Shown here: piece by piece, positions 41,026-53,816 of the stretch
How positions within the stretch are numbered: the stretch's first letter is position 1
Layout of the letters: each line of letters opens with the position of its first letter
Origin: Octopus sinensis
Lineage: Eukaryota
NCBI RefSeq assembly: GCF_006345805.1
Contig: NC_043007.1
Span: 43,586,001 to 43,650,000 of the forward strand
DNA: 64,000 nt
Reading direction: 5' to 3'
Notes under the pieces: model-generated
The model's database searches: none
What the model saw: the letters and a program-made list of their open reading frames with translations, nothing else
Told to the model about the DNA's origin: nothing
Made by a program: the position numbers and the translations under genes

Positions 41026-41570
41026 AACCAGGCAGTGGCTCTCGTGACTTCTGATCTTAACTGATTGAAAGTGTTATCATGTACATTGTTTTGTCTTGGT
41101 ATAAAAGATGGGCTACAGCAAATATTCAGCGCAATACCACAGATTTGCCGGTAAGTTGTTTAACCTTAACCAGTTGAGCATGTCCCTTAATGCCTGACGA
41201 TAGTGCATCTCTGATCACGAGCAGAAGTAGTGTGGGAGCATCATAGCCATGTGTTGAGAGGGATTCTTTGGGGTTTGAATAATTCCCCTTTGGAAACATT
41301 GGTGCTTCGTTCAACATCCTTAAATAGCCCTTATTCAGGGACCTTTTGAGCGGGATAGGTTACTCGACCAGAAGAAAATTCTAACTGGGCCCCACCTGCA
41401 AGGTCATGTGCTGTTTATCTTGATATGAGATCACCATGTCGCGCACATATGGTTGTGATGCATGTGCCTAGTGTGCTCTTATCAGACGGGTAGTCATGAT
41501 GGGTATACTGGGCTTCGTATATTTTACCTCAGTGTCACTTTGATGGCATGCACTTCTCTCTCACTCACTC
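41026..41570 (+). mobile_element. (AAT)n-tailed interspersed repeat, copy 2 (full, ~545 bp)
   Basis: aaccaggcagtggctctc...ctctctcactcactc, with (AAT)n on both sides. Confidence 0.85.
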
Positions 41571-41617
<47 letters not shown>

Positions 41618-41671
41618 TAATAATAATAATAATAATAATATTAATAATAATAATAATATATTAATATATTA

Positions 41672-41870
41672 AGGTGGCGGGATAGCAGAATCGTTAGTAC
41701 TCGGACGAAATGCTTAGAGGTATTTCGCTAGTCGCTACGTTCTGAGTTCAAATTCCGCCGAGGTCGACTTTGCCTTTTATCGTTTCAGGTTCAATGAAAT
41801 AAGTACCAGTTGAGCACTGGCATCGATGTAATCAACTGTATTCCCCTCCCCCCAAAATTTCAGGCATTGT
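41672..41870 (+). mobile_element. SINE family A copy
   Basis: aaggtggcgggatagcagaatcgttag...gagttcaaattccgccgaggtcgactttgcc. Confidence 0.8.
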
Positions 41871-41974
41871 ACCTTCTTTTTCTTCTTCTTCTTCTTCTCC
41901 TCCTCGTTGTTGTTGTTGTTGTTGTTGGTCTTCTCCTCCTCCTCCTCCTCCTCTTCCTCCTCCTTCTTCTTCTT

Positions 41975-42005
<31 letters not shown>

Positions 42006-42017
42006 TTATTATTATTC

Positions 42018-42064
<47 letters not shown>

Positions 42065-43422
42065 ATCATCATTATTATTATTAATATTATTAACATGATC
42101 TTGCATCGACGAACAAATGAGTGTTTTGGTTTTAAGACAGGAGTAACAAATTTTGCTTTCATTAATCCAAGGAAAAAATACAGTTTCGTTTTTTATGTAT
42201 GTCAAAATATGTTCCTAAAATGCAATGTTGCAAAAGACCATTTCTTGTGTATATGAAAAATCAATGTTTTCCGTTGACCTATTTCGTATTTTACAGCATT
42301 ATTTAGTAAACTCTCGAATGTAAAATGGAAATCTGAAATATCCTCAAATTGGAATTTAAATGACAGATAATAAGGGACGGCTTTTAAGCTAAGTGATACA
42401 TAATTACGGCCTGTTTTTGAAGTATATGCATGAAACATGATACTTTTAGTGAAAGTCGAGCTTCTCCAGCACATTGTACTGAGCTTTGAAGTCGATTCGA
42501 TCGAATTTTTGTACTTAATTCACGCACATTTAAAATACTGTCGCCTGTTATTTATATTTATATTTTTCTGGTTGTTGTCTCATTCCAGATTGATCTTAGT
42601 CAAATAGATCTATGATGGAAGATATTCCAGCCGTGGACGTGGTTCGTTTATTTTTTCATACATGCTGGATTTAGGTCAGCATTATTATTCAATGTCTCCC
42701 TTTTCCTTAAGAGAGTAAAGCGTAATTTGGGAATTATATCTGATGTTAGTTTCCCCCCCAGATCGGGCAAACATATAGAGATTCTCTTATTGGTTCGGGC
42801 GGTTTAAGAATTGAAATAGTCGAGAGTTAGTCAAGAATTAGTCCCTTCTTTGAAAATATCTAACTTGCCCCAATACTAACCATAGTATGTGCATGGCTAG
42901 GTACTTTTTTCTGCTGGTTTAAGTCATACATGATGATGACGCCCTACATTAATTGCGCTTGTCACAGAATTTCTAAGATACTAGTCCGCCGTTAGTTTAT
43001 TTTTCAAGGTTAATGATCCCTGTGTTCACTACTTCTTACTTGAATTTTGTGGCCATTGGAGTTTATACCCTAAGTTATACATTTAAATTTCAAGCTTTAC
43101 ATCCAGATGAAGATAAGATTAGTCCAAGATCTCTTGTTTGAAGAAGTCTAATGCTACCCAGAGGCTCGGGAAGACTTTAAGGTCAGTTTTTTTTATACAT
43201 ATTTTGTTTTGTATTCTGTTTGGTAGATTTAGCGAATATGGTCTTTACAACAACAACAAACGAAGAAGTCCTTTCCCACCAACTACTAATGAAGAGGACA
43301 CGATTTACAAGCAGTACAAAGCAAATGAAACATTATTACACGTACAACCGTACAACGTACAACTTCAATAAACAAAAAAAACCCACTTTATTGTATGGAC
43401 ACTATTAACGACGACAATGACA

Positions 43423-43486
<64 letters not shown>

Positions 43487-43544
43487 CATACATACACGCA
43501 TATAAAATTTATAATGCTGATAATTATTCCAGGAATGGGGTTTT

Positions 43545-43750
43545 TCAGAACCGTTAGAGTGCCTGGCAATGCTTTGTAGCGATGTTTTGTTTATAATGTT
43601 TACGCCCTTTATGTTGAATTCAAATCTCACCAAGGTCAACTTTGCTTTTAACCCTTCTCGGATTATCAATAAAATAAGGAGTTAGTCAAGTATTGCGATC
43701 TGTTTTCAATATTAAATCCTCTCGTTAAATGTATGGCCTTGTGCTAAGGA
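43545..43750 (+). mobile_element. SINE family A, old diverged copy
   Basis: cagaaccgttagag...gaattcaaatctcaccaaggtcaactttgc. Confidence 0.55.
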
Positions 43751-44059
43751 CAATATTCAAAAATCAATCAGCTATCAAATGTAGTTTTATCAAAAAGAAA
43801 CTGTAAACTGCAGTCGCAAGATCATTTGCTACAAACTTTCTTCTATATTGCTGTAATTTAATAATCATTTTGCATATATTATATGAACCTTTATGTCTTG
43901 ACGTTTTCAGAATGAAAGATTGCTCTTCACTTTCTTAAATCCCAAACTCACTCGATAATTCTCATAATTAATATCTCGACTCAGTTTTCAAAGAGCGAAC
44001 TCATTGAAGTCTCCACTCCATTGTTTTTAGTTTATCTCCTCTTCCATTATTATCATGTT

Positions 44060-44795
44060 TAGGGCGATGGATTGGCAGAACCGTTAGAGCGTCGAAAAAC
44101 CTGACATCAGATATTTGTTCCGTCTCTTTACGTTCTAAGGTCATTTCCTTCCAAAGTCAATCTTGCCTTTTATAAGGTTGGAGAGGAGATTGAGTAGGGG
44201 TCGACAAAATTTCGACAAGTACTAAAATTTATATAGTCAACTAACCTCTAACCCCATAACTGTTCGCCTCAAATCCTAGTCACAAATCATTAATAGATGA
44301 CAGTGTTTGAAGTTGTTGGGTATTACACATACGGGTCTTTTATCTTTTGTGTGAGAATTACAAGCTCGTTATATGGATTTCAGATTTTGGCGTAAGACCA
44401 ACGAGCTCGAGGGTGGTGGGGTGTGTGGGGGCTAGCCGATTACACCCACCCTAGAGTCTAACTGGTACTTATTTTACCGATTCCGAAAGGATAAAAGGCA
44501 AAGTTGACCCAGCAGCATTTGAACTCAGAACGTAAAGGCAGAAATTGCCGCGAAGCATTTTCCCAGCGCACTAACGATTCTTGTCAGCTTAAATAAATAA
44601 AGCTTGTTATATCCTTTTCTTCTCTAGGCACAAGGCTCGAAATTACCAGTACGCAACTGGTACTTAATTTATCGACCCAAAAGAATGAAAGGCGTAGTCG
44701 ACCTCGGCGGAATTTGAACTCAGAACACAAAGACAGACAAAGTGCCACAAAGCATTTCTCCCGGCGCGTTAACGTTTCTGCCAGCTCGTCGACTT
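44060..44795. mobile_element. Cluster of SINE family A copies (one +, two -)
   Basis: + copy at 44063-44230; - copies at ~44385-44590 and ~44625-44795. Confidence 0.7.
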
Positions 44796-45142
44796 AAAGC
44801 TTGTTATATCAAATGATCGCAAGAATCTTGATTACAGGTAAATTTTAGTCTTAGCGTAATCACCCAAAAACGTTTTCATCAATTAATTCTTAGAAAAAAG
44901 TGTTTCCTTTGTTCAGTTTACTTTTGAAAACTTATGAAAAACTTTGGCATTTCTTGCTTTGAAAAATACAATTAAGCGAAAGTCAAATAATCAAACGAAC
45001 ATTTGTAGTGCATGGCTTCGTCTTTTGAGACATCATAATGATTATTTAAATTTTTATTTGTTCTTTGTATAGTTGAGTTGGAACGATGAAATATCTAGAA
45101 CAGATATGAACAATTTACATCAAACTATGTCTGTATCAACAA

Positions 45143-45596
45143 AAGGCGGTGAGCTGGCAGAAACGTTAGCACGCGAAATGCTTAGCGGCTTTTCGTCTGT
45201 CTTCGTTCTGTCAAATTCCGCCGAGGTCGACTTTACCTTTTATCTTTTCGGGGTCGATAAATTAAGTACCAGTTGCGTACTGGGGTCGATCTAATCGACT
45301 GCCCCTCCCCAAAAATTTCGAGCCTTGTGCCTAGAGCAGAAAAGTAAATCTGTATCAACAAAATATAGTTACTGCTAACAAGGCGGCGAGCTGGCAGGAT
45401 CGTGAGCAAACCGGGTAAAATGCTTCGCAGCATGTCGGGCGTCTTATGTTCGGAGTTCAAATTCCACCGAGGTCGACTTTACCTTTCATACTTTCGGTGT
45501 TGATAAAGTAAGTACCAGTTGTGCACTGGGCTCAATGTCATCGACTTAGCTCCCTTCCCGAAATTGCTGGTCTTGCGCCAAATTTGAAACCAATAT
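45143..45596 (+). mobile_element. Two tandem SINE family A copies
   Basis: aggcgg(t/c)gagctggcag heads at 45144 and 45381, each with the core. Confidence 0.85.
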
Positions 45597-45994
45597 ACTC
45601 TTACTCTTTTACTTGTTTCAGTCATTTGACTGCGGCCATGCTGGAGCACCACCTTTAGTCGAGCAAATCGACCCCGGGACTTATTCTTTGTAAGCCCAGT
45701 ACTTATTCTATCGGTCTCTTTTGCCGAACCGCTAGGTGACGGGGACGTAAACACACCAGCATTTGGTTGTCAAGCAATGCTAGGGGGACAAACACAGACA
45801 CACAAACATATACACACACACTTATATATATATACATATATACGACAGGCTTCTTTCAGTTTCCGCCAACCAAATCCACTCACAAGGCATTGGTCGGCCC
45901 GGGGCTAAAGCAGAAGACACTTGCCCAAGATGCCACGCAGTGGGACTGAACCCGGAACCATGTGGTTGGTTAGCAAGCTACTTACCACACAGCC
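45597..45994 (-). mobile_element. SINE family B, full length
   Basis: Reverse complement from ggctgtgtggtaagtagc to the gaaacaagtaaaagagtaagag tail. Confidence 0.85.
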
Positions 45995-47068
45995 CTTTTA
46001 CTTGTTCTACTAATTGGACTACGGCATATGCTGGTGCACCGCCTTGAAAGTTTTAATCGAACAAATCGATTCCCTCAGTTATTGTATTTTAAAGTCTAGT
46101 ACTTATTCTATCGGTACATTTTGCCGAACTGCAAAGTTGCAAGGAATTGATGAACACACACACGACGGGTTTTCACTTCTTCACTACATAGCCACGTTAG
46201 CACCTGTGAATAAATCACACTAAATCATATCCGTATCTACAGAATATATTTAGCTTTACTGCTGAATAATTTATATATCTTTAACGTCAACAGAGCTGTT
46301 GACATTTCAATGCCTGACAAAACGACCCTTCGCTAAAATACTCAAAAGAAACACACTGGAAACAATAATTCTTGTTCTGAGGCTAATCAATGTCGTTATA
46401 TTGAATTGGTAAACTCTAATCAATTGCGAATATCCCAGCGATTAAAGGACAAAAACTCCCTCTATAAGTGCTTAAAATCTAAATAAACAAATAAATAAAC
46501 AAGCAAAGAAACAAACAAGGCAAACTGTACTGCTGAAGTAGCTCATTGGCCTGCGGCCATGCTGGGGCGTCGCTTTGAAGTGCTTAGTCGAACGAATTGA
46601 CCTAGTACTTTTCTACTTGATTTATCGGTCTCTTATACCGAACGGCTACGTTACAGTCACGTACACAAACCAGCACCAGTTGTTTCAGCTTTATTTCTGT
46701 TTTCCTGGATAGAGAACTATATCCTCTTGCTGCTAAATTCAAACACTTCTCACACACACCAACACAACCCCCCACCGCACACATATACACATAGGCACAC
46801 ACAGGCACAGACGCATAGACACATATTCGGTTGAATGTGAGCGGGTCTCTCCCTTGATAGACATCTCATTAATTTTAAGATTAAAGTATGATAAATGAAT
46901 CCACCATAAATCGAAGTAGATTTCATTTCAAAGGAAATGTTTCTTTGAACGGAGACCAGAAAAATATGAGTGAAATACCACACACACACACACCACACAC
47001 ACACAACACACCACACACACACCACACACACACACACACAACACACACACAACACACCCACCCACATA

Positions 47069-47107
<39 letters not shown>

Positions 47108-47150
47108 TATATGTGTATATGAGTAGAAGTATATATGTATGTACGGATAC

Positions 47151-47183
<33 letters not shown>

Positions 47184-47241
47184 TGTATATGCATATATAT
47201 GTAAAGATATATATGTGTGTGTGTGTATATATATATATATA

Positions 47242-48302
47242 TAGGGTGGGAAGTAAAACTTGGAAAATAATAGATTATTCACCAAACTGTTTATATTACA
47301 ACAACCAGCAATCTGTTTATAGGGGTATAAAGGGACAAATTATTCAATATGTTTGCCTTCATTGTTCACCATAGCCTTCACACGCCGCCTGAAGGCGTCA
47401 CAACTCTTCATGATGAAGTATTCAGACATGTTGTTCCACTGTCCCTTAGGATTTGCTTAAAATGATCAAGACTTGGATGCGAGGTTCTGTTGGTAGAGTT
47501 CTCCAATTTGCCCCATACGGCATAGTCCAGGGAGTTCAAATCTGGGCTGGAAGAAAGGTAGAGGCTGGCAGGTCAAAAGTCGGGGAAATTGCCTTTATAG
47601 AATTTCTGCACTTTCTTCGCCGTATGAGCAGAACAATCTGGGGTCCACACATAATTACCGCTAGGGTAGTTGGATTTCAGAAGGTGACTTAGCAATGTAT
47701 CGATCATTACGAAGTTTTAAAACGGCACCAACGGTAAAGATACTTTCACCTGAAAAGATTTTCACGGTTTGTCCATTGTGTTCCAGGTATCACAACACTT
47801 TTTTGGCACTTTCATGCCTTTTGGTTTTCATTGCATGAGTCAATAGGTGTCCCGGGGTCCTCACGTATGACACCAAATGTAAATTACTGTGTACAGCATC
47901 TCTGATCGTCTTTGGATCAACTTTCCTGTCCATGGACAGTTTTCTCATGGATGTTGTTGGGTCTTTCGAAATTTTGCCTTTAAGTGATTCAAGAAATGCT
48001 TTATGCCATTTTTTAAATTTATGTCTCCACTTCCTAGTTTTCTCTTGATGCTACTAATATCCAGCATTCAGTTCTTAACGTTGTAGACAGTGCTCACAGA
48101 GGCCCCAACAGTGTGAGCATACGTCTAATTGCAACCCCGGCACGAAGCATCTTAAGTGGGCATGTTAGATCGTATGTCTGGAACTTCTGCTTAAATTAAC
48201 TCTATATACCTCCACCCTGAAATAGAAAACAATATTTCATTAACGCTTATGAATATATAAAGAATAAGGCTTCCAAAATATTCCCAGTTTTGCTTCCCCA
48301 CC

Positions 48303-48305
<3 letters not shown>
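47242..48305 (-). mobile_element. Internally deleted Tc1/mariner (maT-like) element with both TIRs
   Basis: TIRs tagggtgggaagtaaaacttggaaaat / atattcccagttttgcttccccaccctg within (TA)n. Minus-strand motifs FSGESIFTV...RNDR and SPDLNSLDYAVWG. Confidence 0.8.
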
Positions 48306-48336
<31 letters not shown>

Positions 48337-48448
48337 TTTTTTCGATGGCCGGATAACTGAGGAGCTGGCGGCGTGGATTTTCCACCTCGGCATCCGAAAC
48401 TCTCGGATTTTATCATGGCTACCGATAATTGTCACATATTACATTTAC

Positions 48449-48511
<63 letters not shown>

Positions 48512-49199
48512 ATTACATAAATACATTTATAATATATATGTATGTATATATTGTTTGTTTTTATGTCATGTTATAATAAAAACAAATTTACGTTAAACTG
48601 AAGGATTATTCAATACTTTATAGAGTAAATATTTATTCTCCTTTAACAAGAAAATTATGACAGATGTTATTTGATTACTATTTACAAAATCGAAACCTTG
48701 TTTTTCTATTCAGTTTCAAGCGTGGATATTTTATATATTATTTTGAACCTATGAATATATGCAAATGTGGGACACTATAAAAATGCATGTATATACCTAA
48801 GTATAAGAAATGAAAATAAATACACACGCACACGCGCGCGCATACCACAGTAACAACAAAAACCCAAGAGATGCTTACAGAAGATGTTATTAGTTAGATA
48901 CTTGAAGAAAAAACAAAGTCAAAGTTAAGAGTGAAAACCTGATGTTTCGGACATAACCCTTCGTCAAATATACGCATAAAAGTTCAGAGAAGTGAAAGAA
49001 AGAAAAGAAAGTGATAGAAGCAGAGTCAGGAAAAAAGTAAATGCCTTACTCACTTGTTCGATCATTAATTATACATATAATGATGATGTATATATATATA
49101 TACATACATACATGCATACATACATATACATACATATATGCAATCATATATATATATATACATACACACACACACATACACACACACACACATATACAC

Positions 49200-50245
49200 G
49201 GTACAGTGAATAAATTGTCGTTGAAATTACGCAAAAATGAAAATGACACTGACATCTTATTTTAACATATGTTTACATAATAATATCTTGAAATACTAAA
49301 GAGTAAATTTATTCAATAAAATCGCCCTTGACGTCCACCACACCCTCCAGACAACTTCAGAATCTCCTGCAACTCCCTGGAAGATCTTGTTTAACTTGGT
49401 GAAGGCTGCTATAATCCTTACCTTCGTTTCATCTTTGGTGTTACAAGGAGTTTTTTTGGTCTCTCGCTCAACTGCGCCCCACACATAATAATCAAGGGAG
49501 TTGCCGTCTGGGGAGTTAGGTGGCCAGATATTAGTGGTGATGTGGTCGCAGAAATTTCTGACAGCCATGACTGGGTTCTCCAGCTAGTGTGGCATGGTGC
49601 AGAGTCCTGTTGCCAAGACATAGGGTCTTTCAGCAGCCACCATCGTGACCCAAGGGAGCACTACCTCCTCCAGGCACTTGATGTAGACCTCCGTGTCGAG
49701 TGTAAAGCCATGTGGTAAGATGAATGGAGGCATAACTTCGCCATCATGATGTTGACTGGATGTTTGATTTTTATCCCTCTCGGTACATGTTTTGGAGACA
49801 CGGCAAGCCAACGGTTGTTCTGTGTTTACCATCTGATCCTGGCAGAAACTTTACACGTCTGAGAAAAACCAAAGCATGTTCGGCTGGACAGGATGCTTGA
49901 GTTTGTTCAAAAGCTTCGTGGCGCGGCTTTCCTCTTGTCCTTGATGGTTTGGGATTAAAAAATGGCCCTTTCTCATCTTGTATGAGGAATACTGAATGTC
50001 TTCATGCACTACCTGCTTGATAAGAAACTCAGACACTCCTATTTCCCTGGCGATGGACTTCATTGACTAGGAGGGATCGTTGTCAATCATGGCCTGGATC
50101 TTACCAGCAAATTCAGGAGTTCTTTTCTTATCAGAACGATCAGAGTGAGTTTTTCGAGCTGTTATACCTTTGTAATCACCATTAGGCTCATCCAGCTCTT
50201 TCTGAATCCTCCGCATGGTCCTCAGATTGTCAGATTGACAAGGCA
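49200..50245 (-). mobile_element. maT/DD37D transposon relic (second copy)
   Basis: MKSIAREIGVSE, LWFFSD, WQQDSAPCHTS, IWPPNSPDGNSLDYYVWG. Shares its 3' end with the 25.4 kb copy. Confidence 0.85.
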
Positions 50246-50289
50246 TTCAAATCAATATAGGATGTGCCCCAAACAAAGCTAGACAATGT

Positions 50290-50730
50290 CACACGTGCCC
50301 ACTTCAACAACAGTGTCTTACTTGCACTCTTATATGCAAGTGAGATATGAGCTACCATGCAAGAGGATAGAACCTCGATTAGCTACGACGCAAAGGGCCA
50401 TGGAAATATCCATGCTTAGCATATCCTTTCGAGAGCACATTCGAAACGAGATAATTCAAGATTGGAGCAGAGTGAAAGATTTGATCGCAGAGTACTGAAA
50501 GCATAAGTTCCGCCCAGTCAGACATGTTGCAAGGTTCACAGCCAACAGGTGGACCCGTGCAGTTGTCGAATGGTAGCCAAGAGATCGGAAAATAGCACTT
50601 GGAAGGCCTCCACGACGATGGAAAGACGATTTTCTCAAGCAAATTAAGTCAAGATGGAATAGAATAGCATAATCAAGACAAAATTGGAAGCGCATTGTGA
50701 CCAGCGGTGTATAACAGTATCTGATGGAGC
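50290..50730 (+). mobile_element. RTE/BovB-like LINE 3' fragment
   Basis: LATTQRAMEISMLSISFREHIRNEII..SRVKDLI, RHVARFTANRWTRAVVEW*PRDRK..GRPPRRWKDD. Confidence 0.8.
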
Positions 50731-50778
50731 GCTCGATACTATGATATTGGATCTATACATACATACATACATACATAA

Positions 50779-50868
<90 letters not shown>

Positions 50869-51379
50869 TATATATAAAACATTAATATCTATATATCAAA
50901 ACACTAGACGTAAAGCATGAAAGATGAAAGAAAACCACAATCTGCTGATGGTTTGTAAGCCGATATTTTGAAGTCATGATCAACCTCCCAACATACATAC
51001 ACATGCACATATAAATATCTCTCTGCCCACACTACAATAAATTGTAATAATTTTGCCTCTACTATGACAGTTAAAAGCCATGTACTATTTCACCTTGATG
51101 AAACTTTTACACTTTCAATTCGTTTGATCTTCCATAGATTACGTCATGAATTCGCTAGATATTTATTAGATTTACATTATTAAATTTTCACACACGTGTA
51201 AACCTATTTGACATTTCATTTCACGCTTTTCTTCTTCCATAATTCAGTATTTGTTTTCTACATTTGACATAATATTACTTGGATATTTTCAATTCACTAA
51301 AACAGTACAACAATGCTTATGAATATCAATATAATATACCATACAAGCTATATATATATATATAATATATATATATATA

Positions 51380-51422
<43 letters not shown>

Positions 51423-51530
51423 GCACGAAATGAGGAGTACATATATTATATTTCATTCGTTTTTCTCGTTCGTTTACGCATTTCATGTTAATTGCACCAT
51501 TGGTGACGTCATGTGCCCATATATTATATA

Positions 51531-51593
<63 letters not shown>

Positions 51594-51667
51594 GTAATAT
51601 ATATATATATATATAAATAATAATGATAATAATAATAATAATAGTAATATATATATATTTGTGTGTG

Positions 51668-52068
51668 TGTGGCTGTCAGTATCTGTCTGTGCGGTAAGAA
51701 GTTTGTTTCCCAACTGCATGGTTCCGGTTCAGTCTGGCTGCGTGGCACGTTGGAGAAGTGTCTTGTATTCAATAGCCTGTGAATGGATTTTGTAGACAGG
51801 AACTAAAGAGAAGCCTGTCACATGTATACACAAACATACACACACACCCGTGTATGTGTCTGAGTGTGTTTCTGTTTGTCTTCCACCGCTGCTTGACAGC
51901 TGGTGTTGTGTTTATATCCCTATGTCTTAGCGGTTCGGCAAAGAGTCGATAGAATCAGTACCGGACTTAAAAATAATAAGTAGTAGGGTCGATTCATTCG
52001 ACTAAAATTCCTTCGATGTAGTGCCCCAGCATGGCCGCAGTCAAGTGATTGAAACAAGTAAAAGATAA
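51668..52068 (+). mobile_element. SINE family B copy
   Basis: gcggtaagaagtttgtttcccaac..ggttcagtc ... cagcatggccgcagtc..gaaacaagtaaaag. Confidence 0.75.
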
Positions 52069-52188
52069 TATATATACGAGTAAGTGAAAGAAAGAAGGAC
52101 ACACGTGTATCGGGAGTTACATGTATGGATCAAAACAGTTTGATTTAACTCTCATAGTACCAACGAATTTGAATCAAGCTGTTTTGAT

Positions 52189-52280
<92 letters not shown>

Positions 52281-52389
52281 GTATATATATATATATTTAA
52301 TATATACGGAAGAATTCACAAAAAAAAGACGAAGACAGGTGGTGTAAACAACAAGTAGCTGTATTAGTATAACGCTCGGGAAGGAAAAA

Positions 52390-52428
52390 GTCTTTAACGT
52401 TTCGAGCCTACGGTCTTCCACAGAAAGG
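52390..52428 (-). ncRNA. Degenerate hammerhead-like motif (same type as 34206-34242)
   Basis: Minus strand: cttt-CTGTGGA-agaccgtaggctc-GAAACGTT-aaag. 4 bp stem I, core deviates at A6. Confidence 0.3.
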
Positions 52429-52691
52429 AAGGCAGAAAGAAATAAGGCTATATATATATATATAAAAAACCAAGGGTATGAGAGGTATTGGTGTCTAGAA
52501 GATCCAAAGAGTGTCAGTTACCGCTAAGTAAATTCTATGGATAGACTGTGGTTAAACTCTTGGTTCGATAATGATAGGAGTGAGGAGTCTTACGTAGGTC
52601 TTGTAATTAGCATGCATATATATATATTAGACCGAATGAGATAACAAATCCAAGGCTGCGAGGAGTTTTCAGGACATTTATTATGAAATAG

Positions 52692-52738
52692 TCTTACACC
52701 TGTTTCTGGGATATCATGGATAACCTTTCATCAGAGAC
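52692..52738 (-). ncRNA. Minimal type-I hammerhead ribozyme candidate
   Basis: Minus strand: gtct-CTGATGA-aaggttatc-cat-gatatccca-GAAAC-aggt-GTA-agac. Intact core, 4 bp stem I, imperfect stem II, GUA cleavage triplet. Confidence 0.6.
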
Positions 52739-53217
52739 GGTGTGAGAAAATATTTGAGTACGAATTATTGTGGAACTCAAATATTTTCGAACTCAAATTA
52801 AATATGTTAACTTTTAAGAATTATTTTCTGTAAGGATGACGTCTCTGAAATAATTGTTGAGTAAAATATTTGTTTTGTTAATTGTCTTCTAGAGCATTAT
52901 TATAAGTATTGTAAATATTATAAAGAATGTTTGAGTCCTTCATCCTGGAGTTTGACTCGTAAATTTGACTTGATAATTTGAAGTTTAGGAAGTTGATGTT
53001 TAGGAAGTTAGCATAACAATCAAGTGGCTTTTGGTTTGATTTCACTCTTTGGGTTTGGGCGTACTTCTACCTCGAATCGGTTCAAGCTTCGTCCGTGAAA
53101 TGGGAGGAAGAATACGATGAATTGTTCAGAATACCTGATGATCGTTGTTTTCTTACCTTCCTAAGCCGATAGTTTCAGCAATTTTTCTCTGAAAATCACA
53201 ACCCCGTCAGCTATCCA

Positions 53218-53371
53218 CGTGGCTGTATGGTAAGAAGCTTCCTTCCAAATCATATGGGTCCAGGTTCTGTCCCACTGCGCGGCACTTTGGGCAAGTGTCT
53301 TGTACTATGGCTTCACGCCGTCCAAAGCCTTATGAGTGGATTTGGCAGACGGAAACTGAAAGAAGCCCTTC

Positions 53372-53402
<31 letters not shown>

Positions 53403-53567
53403 CGTATGTGTGCGTGTGCGTGCGTGTGTGTGTATGTTTGTGTTTGACCCCCACCACCGCTTGACAACCAGACTTTAAAAAAGTACTGGGGTCGATTTGT
53501 TCAACTAAAAATTCTTCAAAGAGGTGCCCCAGCATGGTCTCACTATAATGACTGAAACAAGTAAAAG
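53218..53567 (+). mobile_element. SINE family B copy just inside intron 1
   Basis: gtggctgtatggtaagaagcttccttcc...ggcactttgggcaagtgtct...gactgaaacaagtaaaag. Confidence 0.8.
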
Positions 53568-53625
53568 TTAAGAGGTAAACATGAGCACAACAAACGAATA
53601 CAAAGAAAAATATAATTTCAAATAC

Positions 53626-53816
53626 CTGAGAAATGTTATCACACCGACTTTTGCTATATCAGCTTGAATAACTTTCCACGACTTTCGAATTAGTTGTTTT
53701 TGACTTTCGTTAAAAGGAGGTCTTTCTTTTATGGGACGCGTATTTATTTGTGCTAAGTTTCTGTTATCAGTCTCCAATGACAACTTCTTCTCGATAGATG
53801 AGTTCCTACAACCCAT
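53626..53816 (-). CDS. Globin (globin X-like/neuroglobin-like), coding exon 1: N-terminal acylation extension plus helices A-B
   Basis: Translates MGCRNSSIEKK...PPFNESQKQLIRKSWKVIQADIAKVGVITFL(R), with Trp A12 and Phe B10. Ends CTC AG|GTATTT (phase-2 donor, B12.2). Upstream polypyrimidine tract and AG acceptor at 53852-53851. Confidence 0.92.
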
